Assembly (NCBI GenBank): GCA_050258755.1
Contig: JBLMZI010000005.1
Span: forward strand, 79,534 to 143,533
Length of the DNA stretch: 64,000 bases
Direction: 5' to 3'
Source: Solirubrobacterales bacterium
GTDB taxonomy: Bacteria; Bacillota; Syntrophomonadia; Syntrophomonadales; DTU052
A program made the translations under genes and the position numbers. How positions within the stretch are numbered: position 1 is the stretch's first letter; the number at the start of each line of letters is the position of its first letter. This document shows, in pieces, positions 1 through 8,775 of the stretch. The notes beneath the pieces were generated by a model that saw only the letters and a list, made by a program, of their open reading frames with translations, did not search any database and was not told the origin of the DNA.

Positions 1-239
1 AGGAAAACAAACTTGGCGAAGCTCTTACGAGAGAATCAAATGTGGTAGACGTAGCTCAGACTTATGGGATTTAGCCCAAAGCTAAAAGAATGACCTGAGG
101 GTCAGCATGAATGAGTCGATGGAGCTGGACGGATAACAGATTTGATCGGGTGAGAGCGAAAAAATCCATATTCGGAGGTACTAGGTGCAGTACATCCAAC
201 ACGGACAAGGGTAGGACGATCCCGGCAGAAGACCGGCGC

Positions 240-2558
240 CTACCCTTGAACCGTTTCTTGGCCGATTGGATGGTCAAGGGGGAAGTGAATCGAGAAAGTC
301 GTACCGCCTGAAGCGGTTTGCATCTTAATACTGGCACCGTGATGGGCCGCGATGTGATGGCTTGTGGTTAAGCCAAGGCCGGGCGCATTGGGCTTGGTGC
401 TGAAAAAGGGCTTTTCCACTTTATCCTGCAGCTCCAACGGGATTCCGCTTCCGGTGTCTCGTATCGACAAGACCGCTTCCATTCCAATCAGTTCAGTTTC
501 GATGGTTAACCACCCACCGGGTTCCATAGCCTCCAGACCGTTGCGGGACAGGTTCAGGAGCAGCTGGCTGATCTCTTTCGTGTTCATAAGCAGCGGCGGC
601 AAATCTTGAGCGATAAACCGCACCCGTTTTTCACCGGCATGCGCATTCGCCTGAATCAAGGGGAGCACATCCCGGATCACGGCATTCAAGTTCTGTCTGA
701 CCCAGCGGGAGGGCTGGTGTTGGGCCAGGGTTAGAAATTCCGAAAGCACGGCATTGGCCTGGTCCACTTCTTCAATCATCACATCGCAGTAATTCAACAG
801 CCGCTGATCGCTTTGTTCCGCTTTCATCAATTGCAGAAAACCGCGCACCGTGGTCATCGGATTACGCAGCTCATGTCCAAGACTGGCGGCGATTTCCCCG
901 GCCATATTGACCCGGTCCAGACGAGCCATTTCCTGCTCTAACCGGCGCAGGTTGGTGATGTCGAAAAAGCCGCCGAGGTATCCGCTGGACGTATTCGGAT
1001 CGGTCTTTTGAAGCGAACACAGGACAACCCGCTGCAATCCGTCCCGAGCTCGAAACGCGATTTCTTCCTGTAATACGGGAAGTTCCCGGGCAAGCAGGGA
1101 AAGAATCCGGGTCCGATCATCCTGAGTGGCCCAGAAATCGAGGTCAAATACGCCATGATGAAGCAGTTCTTCGCACGAAAATCCGGTCATCGCGCAGAAG
1201 GCGTGGTTAACGTCCAAAAACCGAAATTCAGGCGGTCCTGAGATGATCATCAGCGGGGTCGGGCTGTACCGAAACGCTTTGTTAAACCGTTCTTCCGATT
1301 TGCGCAAGGCCAGCTCTCTGCGACGCTGCTCGGTCACTTCGCGCAGGGTTGAAACCGCGCCTACGATCTGGCCGTGGCCGTCACGAAGCGGGGTGGCGAC
1401 ATTCCACAGGTATACCTCGCGCCCGTTCAATGATGAATAATGCTCCCGCTTCGAAAGGCCGCCATTCGAATCACCTGATTCCGACAAGACTTTATCGATC
1501 AGCATTGGACCGGGTTCCCCAATGAAGGGAACCGAATATGCGTACTGATCCTGGTTCAGCATGTCAGCCGCAGCAATACCGGTGAGGGATTCCATCGCGC
1601 GATTCCACGCAATGATTCTCCCATCGGTATCAATCGCCAGAAGGGCATCAGGAAGAAAGTCCAGGATACCTTTATGCAGGTCCTTGGTTCGCTGCAGGCT
1701 GGCTTCAATTTGGTTGATTGCGGTCGTGTCTTCAACGGTGGTGTGAATCAGCGAATCCATTCCGAATTTGAACAGCTCGGCCGAGATTAAACCGTTTCGG
1801 ATGTCGCCGGTTTTTGTGCGATACTGCATCGGGACGCCGGACACGCGGCCAGTTTTTTGGGTCAGGCTCACGACATGTTCCCGGATTGAAGGATCGACCC
1901 ATATGTGCAGTTCATCCACGGTTTTTCCAATCACATTTTCCCGCCGGTAACCCAACATGGTCTCAAAGGCGTTGTTCACTTCGATCAAGCGGCCTTCCAC
2001 AAGGGTACTGATGGCCATAATCGACGGGTGATGGTAAAAGGATCGGTGATACAGGCTGGAATAGTCGTCGGCCGGGTTGGGTAGGGTATCTGACGTTTCG
2101 GGGATGGCGACATGCAGGGTCCCGGTCTGACCGTTTTGTAATGGGATTGGATAGGAATATAGGTTTACCGCTCCGGAAACCGGCGTATCAGCTTTCCAAA
2201 CGGCTGGAACCGCGGTGTCGGAACCGAAAAGTCCCCGGTTCGGGAAAAGGGGCCGTGTCAGTCCTTCATACAAGCGGTTTTCCGCGACGGTGCTTCCCTT
2301 AGAATCGGTAATCCAGGCTGGTGTTGAAAGGGCGTTGACAAGCGCATAGAGACCCGGGTATGGCGGGTCCAAAGGGAGCGCGGTCTGGCCGGACGCCTGT
2401 TTTGTGTTCCGGGATGAAAACCGGATTTCGGGACCCGGCAGATCGTTGATATGATGAGAAATACGCCGCTGCCGAACCGACGTGTCTTTGCGGGAAGCTT
2501 TCATATCCCGTTCCTCACTCGTCGACTGAATTGATCCTATAGTTCTCTTATTCGACAT
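240..2558 (-). CDS. Multi-PAS sensor histidine kinase, apparently cytoplasmic
   Basis: ORF 240..2570 (776 aa). Repeated PAS-like modules, H-box HELRNPMTTVRGFLQL, and C-terminal ATPase boxes (RDTGSGIP, APGLGLTTSHHIA). ATG at 2558 (MSNKRT) is preferred over TTG at 2570. Confidence 0.85.
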   Translation of the reverse strand: MSNKRTIGSIQSTSEERDMKASRKDTSVRQRRISHHINDLPGPEIRFSSRNTKQASGQTALPLDPPYPGLYALVNALSTPAWITDSKGSTVAENRLYEGLTRPLFPNRGLFGSDTAVPAVWKADTPVSGAVNLYSYPIPLQNGQTGTLHVAIPETSDTLPNPADDYSSLYHRSFYHHPSIMAISTLVEGRLIEVNNAFETMLGYRRENVIGKTVDELHIWVDPSIREHVVSLTQKTGRVSGVPMQYRTKTGDIRNGLISAELFKFGMDSLIHTTVEDTTAINQIEASLQRTKDLHKGILDFLPDALLAIDTDGRIIAWNRAMESLTGIAAADMLNQDQYAYSVPFIGEPGPMLIDKVLSESGDSNGGLSKREHYSSLNGREVYLWNVATPLRDGHGQIVGAVSTLREVTEQRRRELALRKSEERFNKAFRYSPTPLMIISGPPEFRFLDVNHAFCAMTGFSCEELLHHGVFDLDFWATQDDRTRILSLLARELPVLQEEIAFRARDGLQRVVLCSLQKTDPNTSSGYLGGFFDITNLRRLEQEMARLDRVNMAGEIAASLGHELRNPMTTVRGFLQLMKAEQSDQRLLNYCDVMIEEVDQANAVLSEFLTLAQHQPSRWVRQNLNAVIRDVLPLIQANAHAGEKRVRFIAQDLPPLLMNTKEISQLLLNLSRNGLEAMEPGGWLTIETELIGMEAVLSIRDTGSGIPLELQDKVEKPFFSTKPNAPGLGLTTSHHIAAHHGASIKMQTASGGTTFSIHFPLDHPIGQETVQG

Positions 2559-2624
2559 GATCAGACGCAATCCTTCATTACGGAAATAATGGAAAAATGA
2601 GTATTGTAAGGATTGGTATTGCCG

Positions 2625-3221
2625 CTACTGTAGCTTTTTCCCGCAGAACGGGCAGAAGTGAAACGCAGCGGTTTGAAGCGATTGGCCGCAAAAGGGGCAA
2701 AATTGAAACTGCGGATGATCAGTTGCTGGTTCCGGCGGTACGGGCTCTGGATGGACAGGCTCCGGCGCGGGTGCGACCGGTCCGGGTTCGGCAGCAGGTG
2801 GTTCCGGTGAGGACGCCTGCTGAGCTGCCGCTTCGAAGGTCTCTAATGAGGAAACGGCTGCATCTGCGGTCGCTTCCGTCGCTTTTTGATCGCTTGTTTC
2901 AAACAGACTGAGAAGAATGCGCGCGAGTTCTTCCTTTTTTATCGGAGTTTGAAAGGTCGCGTCAACGGCCTTGGAGACCATTTCCCGGCCGATCGGGCTG
3001 CACGAATCGACCACACCTTTCAGGTGCGGCATCACTGCCTTCGCCCGGCGGATAAACTCTTCACCGGAAATGGTGCTCATCAGCCGGTTGGCAATCAGGA
3101 TATCCGGCTGAAACGTTTCGACGACCCGAATCGCGGCATACTCATCTGCCGTACGTGTCTCGTAGCCCAAGAGTGTCAATTGATCCCGCAGAATCATCGC
3201 TTCGAAGCGTGAGTCGTTCAC
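2625..3221 (-). CDS. Pseudo-receiver domain protein with Pro-rich linker and C-terminal double zinc ribbon
   Basis: Receiver-like sequence with ND instead of DD, N at the phospho-acceptor position (PDILIANRLM) and the conserved Lys position reading FQTPI. C-terminus is FCPFCG...FCPFCG. The only canonical start is GTG 3221. In-frame upstream codons read SKILIV, so an ATC start at 3239 behind GAAGGTGA is possible. Confidence 0.75.
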   Translation of the reverse strand: MNDSRFEAMILRDQLTLLGYETRTADEYAAIRVVETFQPDILIANRLMSTISGEEFIRRAKAVMPHLKGVVDSCSPIGREMVSKAVDATFQTPIKKEELARILLSLFETSDQKATEATADAAVSSLETFEAAAQQASSPEPPAAEPGPVAPAPEPVHPEPVPPEPATDHPQFQFCPFCGQSLQTAAFHFCPFCGKKLQ

Positions 3222-3468
3222 GATGAGGATTTTACTGATAGTATCACCTTCAATCCCCTGGACTTGATATCATCATACCGTATGTTTCTCAATCAGAAAA
3301 CCTGTTTTAGCCCGAAATAATTCTGGTTGCGGCCGCTCAGGGCAGATCCTTCTCGATTTGCGTCAATGAAAAGAAGGAATTTGGCTTTGGAACACAAAAC
3401 TTTATCAAAAATGCGAGGAGGAAGGAAACGTCATCAAAGCCAGGATCAAGCTTTCGGACCGATTACAA

Positions 3469-4134
3469 ATGATTGCTGACATGGTGCTTCCGAATGAGCG
3501 AATGGCCGATATCGGATCCGACCATGCCCTTCTTCCGTGCTTTCTGGTGCTTGAAGGACGGTGTCCGTCCGCCATTGTCGGCGAACTCGGGGATGGTCCG
3601 TTCCAGCGCGCCCGGCAGGGTGTTGAGCGTTCAGGGCTTGCACAGCGGATCGACGTTCGGCAGGGCGACGGATTGGCGGTTTTGAGGCCGGGAGAAGCTG
3701 CTTCGGTTGTTTTGGCCGGGATGGGCGGAACGACAGCCGTGGAGATCCTGGAACGGGCGGCTTCCAAAGCGGCCAGTTTCCGGCGGTTGGTGGTTCAGGT
3801 GAACAACGGGCTGGAACTGGTTCGGGCGTACGCGGCCCGGAATGGGTGGAGGATTGCCGACGAGGCGGTTGCTTGGGATGATGATTACTATGTATGTATG
3901 GCACTGGAGCCGGCGTTCGGCCTGCCATACACGTTAAACCGGCTGGAATCTTTGTTTGGGCCGGTGCTGTTGAAACGAAAGAACGAACCTGACGTTCGGG
4001 CTTATTTTCAGTATTGGATCGGGAAGTACCGGGAGATTGCCGGGAACATCCCACCCGATGCCGGTGAGCGGGCGCAAGCCATCCGCTCGGACTACCTGGG
4101 CCTGGCTTGCGATCTTGAGGAGGTGCTGGCATGA
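3469..4134 (+). CDS. trmK: tRNA (adenine22-N1)-methyltransferase TrmK family
   Basis: ADIGSDHALLP, GPFQRARQGVERSGL, VRQGDGL and AGMGG motifs, as in Bacillus YqfN/TrmK. The in-frame upstream codons (KARIKLSDRLQ) match the conserved TrmK N-terminus, so the true start may be the non-canonical ATC at 3433 behind GGAGGAAGGA. Confidence 0.85.
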   Translation: MIADMVLPNERMADIGSDHALLPCFLVLEGRCPSAIVGELGDGPFQRARQGVERSGLAQRIDVRQGDGLAVLRPGEAASVVLAGMGGTTAVEILERAASKAASFRRLVVQVNNGLELVRAYAARNGWRIADEAVAWDDDYYVCMALEPAFGLPYTLNRLESLFGPVLLKRKNEPDVRAYFQYWIGKYREIAGNIPPDAGERAQAIRSDYLGLACDLEEVLA

Positions 4135-5243
4135 CCCGTATGGGAGATCTGTTTGAAGTTCTTGAGGAAATCGCGCCTTCATGGCTCGCGGAACCGTGGG
4201 ATCACAGCGGCTTGCAGACCGGGTGCCGCGATGACCGGGTGAACGGTGTGCTGGTGGCTTTGGATGCCGATGCCGGGAGTGTAACCGCCGCCTTATCGGC
4301 TGGCGCCAATCTGATCATCTGCCACCATCCGCTGCTGTTCAAACCGGTCAACACCATTGATTATGGGGAACCGCTCGGTGCGCTGTTAGCCCTTTTGTGC
4401 CGGGAGCGGATCACGGTATTTGCGGCGCATACCAATCTGGATGCGGCGCCGGCCGGCTTGAACCAGTATCTGGCCGAGCGAATCGGATTCGGTGAAATCG
4501 GCCTGCTGGGGATAACATCCCGGGAACCGCTGGTGAAAATGGCGGTGTTTGTTCCGGAGGATGCCGCTGAATCGGTGCGGATGGCAATCGATGCGGCGGG
4601 CGCCGGGCATATCGGCAAGTACAGCGGATGCACCTTCAACAGCCGAGGAAACGGCACTTTCCGTCCGCTGGAAAATGCCCGGCCGGCAATCGGCAAGATT
4701 GGTGAGTTGACCGTGGTTCCTGAAATCAAGGTCGAGACGGTTGTGCGGGAAAGCGCTCTGCCGCGGGTATTGCAGGCAATGCTTAAGGCGCATCCCTATG
4801 AGGAAGCGGCCTATGACCTGGTTCCGCTGAATCGCCAGGATATCCCATACAGCTATGGGCGCAAAGGGGTCCTGGTTCAGGAACGCCGGTTGGAAGAACT
4901 GGCGGCAGACGTCAAAGCCAGCCTTGGCCTCGCCTCAGTCAGAATCGTTGGGGCCAGAGACCGGAAGATCAAGCGCGTGGCACTGGTTTCCGGCGCGGGA
5001 GCCTCAATGATCGGCACCGCGGTTCGGGAGCAGTGTGATGTCTTGATTACCGGCGACCTTAAATATCACGACGCCCAGGAAGCACTGGCCCATGGATTGA
5101 CGCTAATCGACGCGGGCCATGACGGAATGGAGAAAGCGGCCGTAACGCTGCTGGGTGACTGGCTGGATCAGGCGAAAACCAACCGTGGATGGGATTTTCC
5201 GTTGGTCCGGCATCGTTCCGATACTGTTTTTCAGGCATTGTAA
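4131..5243 (+). CDS. Nif3-like dinuclear metal centre protein (YqfO family)
   Basis: 370 aa. 4-nt ATGA overlap with trmK, the conserved TrmK-YqfO gene pair. HHPLLF and TNLD motifs plus an inserted PII-like domain. Confidence 0.85.
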   Translation: MTRMGDLFEVLEEIAPSWLAEPWDHSGLQTGCRDDRVNGVLVALDADAGSVTAALSAGANLIICHHPLLFKPVNTIDYGEPLGALLALLCRERITVFAAHTNLDAAPAGLNQYLAERIGFGEIGLLGITSREPLVKMAVFVPEDAAESVRMAIDAAGAGHIGKYSGCTFNSRGNGTFRPLENARPAIGKIGELTVVPEIKVETVVRESALPRVLQAMLKAHPYEEAAYDLVPLNRQDIPYSYGRKGVLVQERRLEELAADVKASLGLASVRIVGARDRKIKRVALVSGAGASMIGTAVREQCDVLITGDLKYHDAQEALAHGLTLIDAGHDGMEKAAVTLLGDWLDQAKTNRGWDFPLVRHRSDTVFQAL

Positions 5244-5318
5244 ACGAAAATAATTTGGACGTACCGGCCCTGTAGACGGTAAAATGGATAAGGATGCTAA
5301 GCTTCGATTGGAGTTTGT

Positions 5319-6347
5319 ATGCAGAAGATCAGTATTGGCAATCTGAAATCAGGGACCAGCCTGGGAAGGGACATTTACTCCAGCACCGGACAGCTTTTGC
5401 TGAGAAAAGGTTCAATGCTGGATGAAAATGTGCTGTCTGCGTTCAAACGCCAGGGCATTGAGCACGTCTTTGTGCTCGACATTCCCCAGCGGCGGACGCA
5501 TGTGCAGGTTCCGTTTAATCAGGGTTACACCGACTCCGTTGATCAAATGAAAAACTTCCTGCTGGAAGCCCAGATTGGTCAGCCCCTTGAGCAGCCCGAG
5601 GTCGACCAGACGGTAAGCCGGCTTTTAAATCTGGTGTACGACGAAGTCGACATTTTCCAGCGGATCAGACAGATGAAAAATACTGACGAATACCTCTATA
5701 CGCATTCCTTAAACGTTTCACTGCTCTGCGTCATGATTGCCCGCTGGCTGAAGTGTCCCCCTAAGATGATCAAAGACATGGGTTTGGCGGGATTGCTTCA
5801 TGATATTGGCAAAGCGAACGTACCGACCGGGATCTTGACTAAACCCGAGCCATTGACGGAAGAGGAATTGCATGAGGTTCAATCACACGCCGTCAAAGGC
5901 TTTGAGATTGCCCAGAAGATCCCGTGGATTTCCAAGGATATTCTGGACGCGGTCCGGCTCCATCACGAACGGCTGGACGGCAGCGGTTATCCCGAAGGGC
6001 TCGAAGGGGATGCAATTCCCTTAATAGCCAGGGTGGTTGCGGTTGCCGATGTTTATGACGCGATCACTTCCGAACGGGTATATGCGGGCAAGATGTCCCC
6101 GTATCAGGCTGCCGAGGTCCTTTGGGACGAGTCATTCGGGCGGCTTGATCCCCGGATAGCCAAGGTGTTCTATGACCGCGCCAGCAATTTCTACATTGGA
6201 AATACGGTGATTCTTTCGAATGGGATGATTGGCAAGGTGGTTTACATTAACCCGACGATGCCCACCCGGCCGGTTGTCGAATCAAACGGTGAATACCATG
6301 ATTTATCCAGGAATCGCACTGTCACCATCACCGAGGTTGTAGACTGA
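5319..6347 (+). CDS. HD-GYP domain phosphodiesterase
   Basis: LLHDIGK and HHERLDGSGYPEGL signatures. Confidence 0.85.
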   Translation: MQKISIGNLKSGTSLGRDIYSSTGQLLLRKGSMLDENVLSAFKRQGIEHVFVLDIPQRRTHVQVPFNQGYTDSVDQMKNFLLEAQIGQPLEQPEVDQTVSRLLNLVYDEVDIFQRIRQMKNTDEYLYTHSLNVSLLCVMIARWLKCPPKMIKDMGLAGLLHDIGKANVPTGILTKPEPLTEEELHEVQSHAVKGFEIAQKIPWISKDILDAVRLHHERLDGSGYPEGLEGDAIPLIARVVAVADVYDAITSERVYAGKMSPYQAAEVLWDESFGRLDPRIAKVFYDRASNFYIGNTVILSNGMIGKVVYINPTMPTRPVVESNGEYHDLSRNRTVTITEVVD

Positions 6348-6362
6348 AGGGGGATTCGTTCG

Positions 6363-6515
6363 ATGACCGTTTCGACCAAAGTGATTCTGCTTACCCTGTT
6401 GGCGGCTTTTGTTCTCTTTATTGTGGCAATTCTTGTTGGAATGAGGGGATCCAAGCCCGGGCTTTCAGACGAAGAAGACGATGACGATATTCCATGGGGT
6501 GACGGGGAAGCATGA
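6363..6515 (+). CDS. Small membrane protein (50 aa), hypothetical
   Basis: Not in the ORF track (under 60 aa). MTVSTKVILLTLLAAFVLFIVAILVG then an acidic tail. Its stop overlaps the next ATG (ATGA at 6512..6515), suggesting translational coupling. Confidence 0.45.
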   Translation: MTVSTKVILLTLLAAFVLFIVAILVGMRGSKPGLSDEEDDDDIPWGDGEA

Positions 6516-6919
6516 AACTGAACGAAGGCAAAAACAACTGGGAACACTTTGCGAATGGCGGTGTTTCCAAAGCACGGCTCGAGTATGACGGAACAGAATT
6601 ATTCCGGCTCCGGTTCATCAATACCCAAAAAGCGGACGAATGCGAAGTTGGACTGGACTGGATCGAGGAAATCAAGTCATTTCGGAACGTTGTGGAAACC
6701 GCGCTGCAGAACCGGCAGGGGAGCATCAAGGTCTATCCTGATGATTACCGGGGCTTGATGATTCGCGTGGCCTGGCAATCTGACGAAGTGGAGCTGAACT
6801 TCTTAAAAGGCTTTGCCACGGTGCGGGTCATTTTGCCGGCGAATCATGGTGAGCAGATCTTGCTGGCAGCGGCTCAGCTGCTGCAAAAACCCGGTACAAT
6901 GGAGATTCAATTTAAATAG
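6512..6919 (+). CDS. Hypothetical protein (135 aa)
   Basis: Clean ORF followed by a strong terminator. No family recognised. Confidence 0.6.
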   Translation: MKLNEGKNNWEHFANGGVSKARLEYDGTELFRLRFINTQKADECEVGLDWIEEIKSFRNVVETALQNRQGSIKVYPDDYRGLMIRVAWQSDEVELNFLKGFATVRVILPANHGEQILLAAAQLLQKPGTMEIQFK

Positions 6920-6935
6920 GATCAGATGACCAGTA

Positions 6936-6966
6936 AGCCCGGCGCGGCGTGCGCCGGGCTTTTTTG
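6936..6966 (+). terminator. Rho-independent terminator
   Basis: AGCCCGGCGC / GCGCCGGGCT stem followed by TTTTTT. Confidence 0.8.
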
Positions 6967-7306
6967 CGCGTTTTTGCCGCTTTGTGTAATAACGAAGGCA
7001 TTCCGTGGTTAAAATTAGTAAATACCAGCGAAAAACAGTTGGCGGCTGGTATTTCGATCAAACAGACCCTCTAATTTGGTCTGGAACCCGAAAAAAAGCG
7101 GCTCAGCCCGGTCAGGAACTGAAGAGCGTTCTTTGCACAAAGAATCCCTAAAAATAGGCTTTTCTAAAGGGCCGAACGCGGATGGTTTCGAGTATAGCTG
7201 GTTATCTTAATAAAAAAATCAAAAAAAATGAGAAAAAAAGAAGGATTTCGAGCTTTCTTGATGAAGTCTAATTATGGCAGAAATTATTACAAGGGAGGAT
7301 TTCGTG

Positions 7307-7630
7307 GTGAACAAAACGGGACTTGTTAAAGCTTTGGCGGAAAAAGCGGGTGTAACTCAGAAGGATGCGGCAAAGGTACTGGATGCAGTATTTGATTCCA
7401 TCCAGGATACTCTGGCAAAAGGCGACAAAGTGCAGATTATCGGTTTCGGCACTTTCGAAGTCAGAGATCGCAAAGCGAGAAAGGTAATCAGCCCCGCTAC
7501 CGGTCAGGAAATCAAAGTTCCGGCCACCAAGGTTCCGGCTTTCAAACCGGGAAAATCCCTCAAAGAAGTAGTCGCCGCTTCCGCGAAGCCCGCAAAGAAA
7601 GCGGCCGCGAAACCGGCAAAGAAGAAGTAG
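7307..7630 (+). CDS. hup: HU-family DNA-binding protein with Lys/Ala-rich C-terminal tail
   Basis: NKTGLVKALAEKAG...GFGTFEVRDRKAR...PATKVPAFKPGK is canonical HU. The tail is AKPAKKAAAKPAKKK. AAGGGAGGA lies 7 nt before GTG 7307, giving the classic MNKT N-terminus. The ORF track start at 7274 adds 11 residues. Confidence 0.85.
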   Translation: MNKTGLVKALAEKAGVTQKDAAKVLDAVFDSIQDTLAKGDKVQIIGFGTFEVRDRKARKVISPATGQEIKVPATKVPAFKPGKSLKEVVAASAKPAKKAAAKPAKKK

Positions 7631-7654
7631 TCTGTTGTTTTTGATGTCAGTTTA

Positions 7655-7692
7655 GGGCAAACGCCTTCGTGCGTTTGCCTTCTGCTTTCTTG
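7655..7692 (+). terminator. Rho-independent terminator after hup
   Basis: GGCAAACGC / GCGTTTGCC stem plus a T-rich tail. Confidence 0.65.
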
Positions 7693-7745
7693 GGGATCAA
7701 ACCGGATCGCCAACGGTTTGAACGGATCCCGAGTAATGCAGCGCA

Positions 7746-7784
7746 CAAAAAAAGCCTTCCGATCTGTCGGAAGGCTTTTTTTGT
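7746..7784 (-). terminator. Terminator downstream of rnpB (bidirectional shape)
   Basis: AAAAAAAGCCTTCCGA...TCGGAAGGCTTTTTTT, a perfect stem flanked by A and T runs. Confidence 0.8.
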
Positions 7785-8120
7785 GCGAGTAAATCTATAA
7801 GCGGAGTTCTGTATTCGATAGTCATCTATCTGGGATGACAGTTGCCTGTCACCTCGAGCGACGCACCCGGAAGCGGAGCGGGCCACTCCACTGCTTCCCT
7901 ATTTGGTCTTGCTCCAGGTGGGGTTTACCGAGCCGGCCAGTCGCCTGACCGCTGGTGAGCTCTTACCTCACCTTTCCACCCTTACCGACAAAAGCCGGCG
8001 GTTTCTTTCTGTGGCACTATCCTTGGGGTTGCCCCCACTGGGCGTTACCCAGCACCCTGCCCTGTGGAGCTCCGACTTTCCTCAAGCTTTTTACAGCCTG
8101 CGACTATCCAATTTACTCGC
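7785..8120 (-). ncRNA. rnpB: RNase P RNA, bacterial type A
   Basis: The reverse strand reads GAGGAAAGTCGGAGCTCCACAGGGCAGGGTGCTGGGTAACGCC...GTGCCACAGAAA...GGTAAGAGCTCACC...ACAGAACTCCGCTTATAG. P1 pairs GCGAGTAAAT with ATTTACTCGC. The + strand ORF 7903..8136 is its antisense artefact. Confidence 0.9.
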
Positions 8121-8127
8121 AGTGATC

Positions 8128-8156
8128 ATTATATAGTGAATTCGGATCAGACACAA
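8128..8156 (-). promoter_or_regulatory. rnpB promoter
   Basis: On the reverse strand, TTGTGT-17 nt-TATAAT, with the -10 box ending 7 nt before the RNA 5' end. Confidence 0.6.
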
Positions 8157-8370
8157 CCGGGAACGACAGGAATTCAGAGTTGGGGAGTGTAATTGCGTGA
8201 ATTTTGCGCCGATAATAGCCCGAAAACGGCCATATTTCTTTCTGTAATTTCGCGATTTGATTGCAGGAATTGCCGGTTGAGAAGAGAATACTATTGATGA
8301 TATAAAAACCGGAATGAATCTCCGGCGTCGAACCGGGGTTCGAAGCATTTGAGGCTAAGGAGGTGAAAAG

Positions 8371-8715
8371 GTGCTTGAATCATTAGGTCACTTGATGGAA
8401 TCTCCCGCGAACATCATTGGAATCTCTTTCGGCCTTTTGGTCGCGGTGGTATTCATTATTTGGTTGTTCCTGAAATTCTGCGACTTTGCGAAGAAGTTTA
8501 CCCTTCCCGGCAAAGTGAAGATGTTCGTTTATCTGATCCTGACCGTTGGCGTCGGCCTGTTCAACTACATGTTCAGCAAGCTGTACACGGGTCGTGGCGA
8601 GGGTTTTGAAGTCTACGCCAATGAACAGCAAATGGCTATTTGGGTAGGGATTTCCCTCGCAACGGTTCTGCTGTTTACCTTTGCACTTGTTTCTGAGACC
8701 AAGACGGAAGAATAG
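8371..8715 (+). CDS. Hypothetical membrane protein (114 aa, about 3 TM)
   Basis: AAGGAGGTGA RBS before the GTG start. Hydrophobic segments. Terminator follows. Confidence 0.6.
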   Translation: MLESLGHLMESPANIIGISFGLLVAVVFIIWLFLKFCDFAKKFTLPGKVKMFVYLILTVGVGLFNYMFSKLYTGRGEGFEVYANEQQMAIWVGISLATVLLFTFALVSETKTEE

Positions 8716-8727
8716 GTTTTGCTTATA

Positions 8728-8752
8728 AAGGCGGCTTCGGCCGCCTTTTTTT
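8728..8752 (+). terminator. Rho-independent terminator
   Basis: AAGGCGGC TTCG GCCGCCTT followed by TTTTT. It lies inside the N-terminal extension of ORF 8719, which argues for the later mobB start. Confidence 0.75.
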
Positions 8753-8775
8753 ACTTTGTATCCAGGAGGCATTCT

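Noticed and set aside
1-239. Structured-looking region at the window start, considered as a possible riboswitch, sRNA or group II intron end. It has hairpins TGACC-TGAG-GGTCA, GGAGGTAC...GTACATCC and AAGGGTAGG...CCTACCCTT.
   Set aside because: I could not recognise any conserved ncRNA core (T-box, cobalamin, c-di-GMP, SRP, tmRNA, 6S, intron domain V). The hairpins are most simply terminators downstream of the reverse-strand kinase operon. ORFs 71..337 and 111..311 lack support. A covariance-model scan (Rfam) would settle it.
7903-8136. 77-aa ORF (GFTEPASRLTAGELLPHLSTLT...HPALWSSDFP).
   Set aside because: It is the antisense translation of the RNase P RNA gene. The reverse strand carries the universal GAGGAAAGTC...ACAGAA core.
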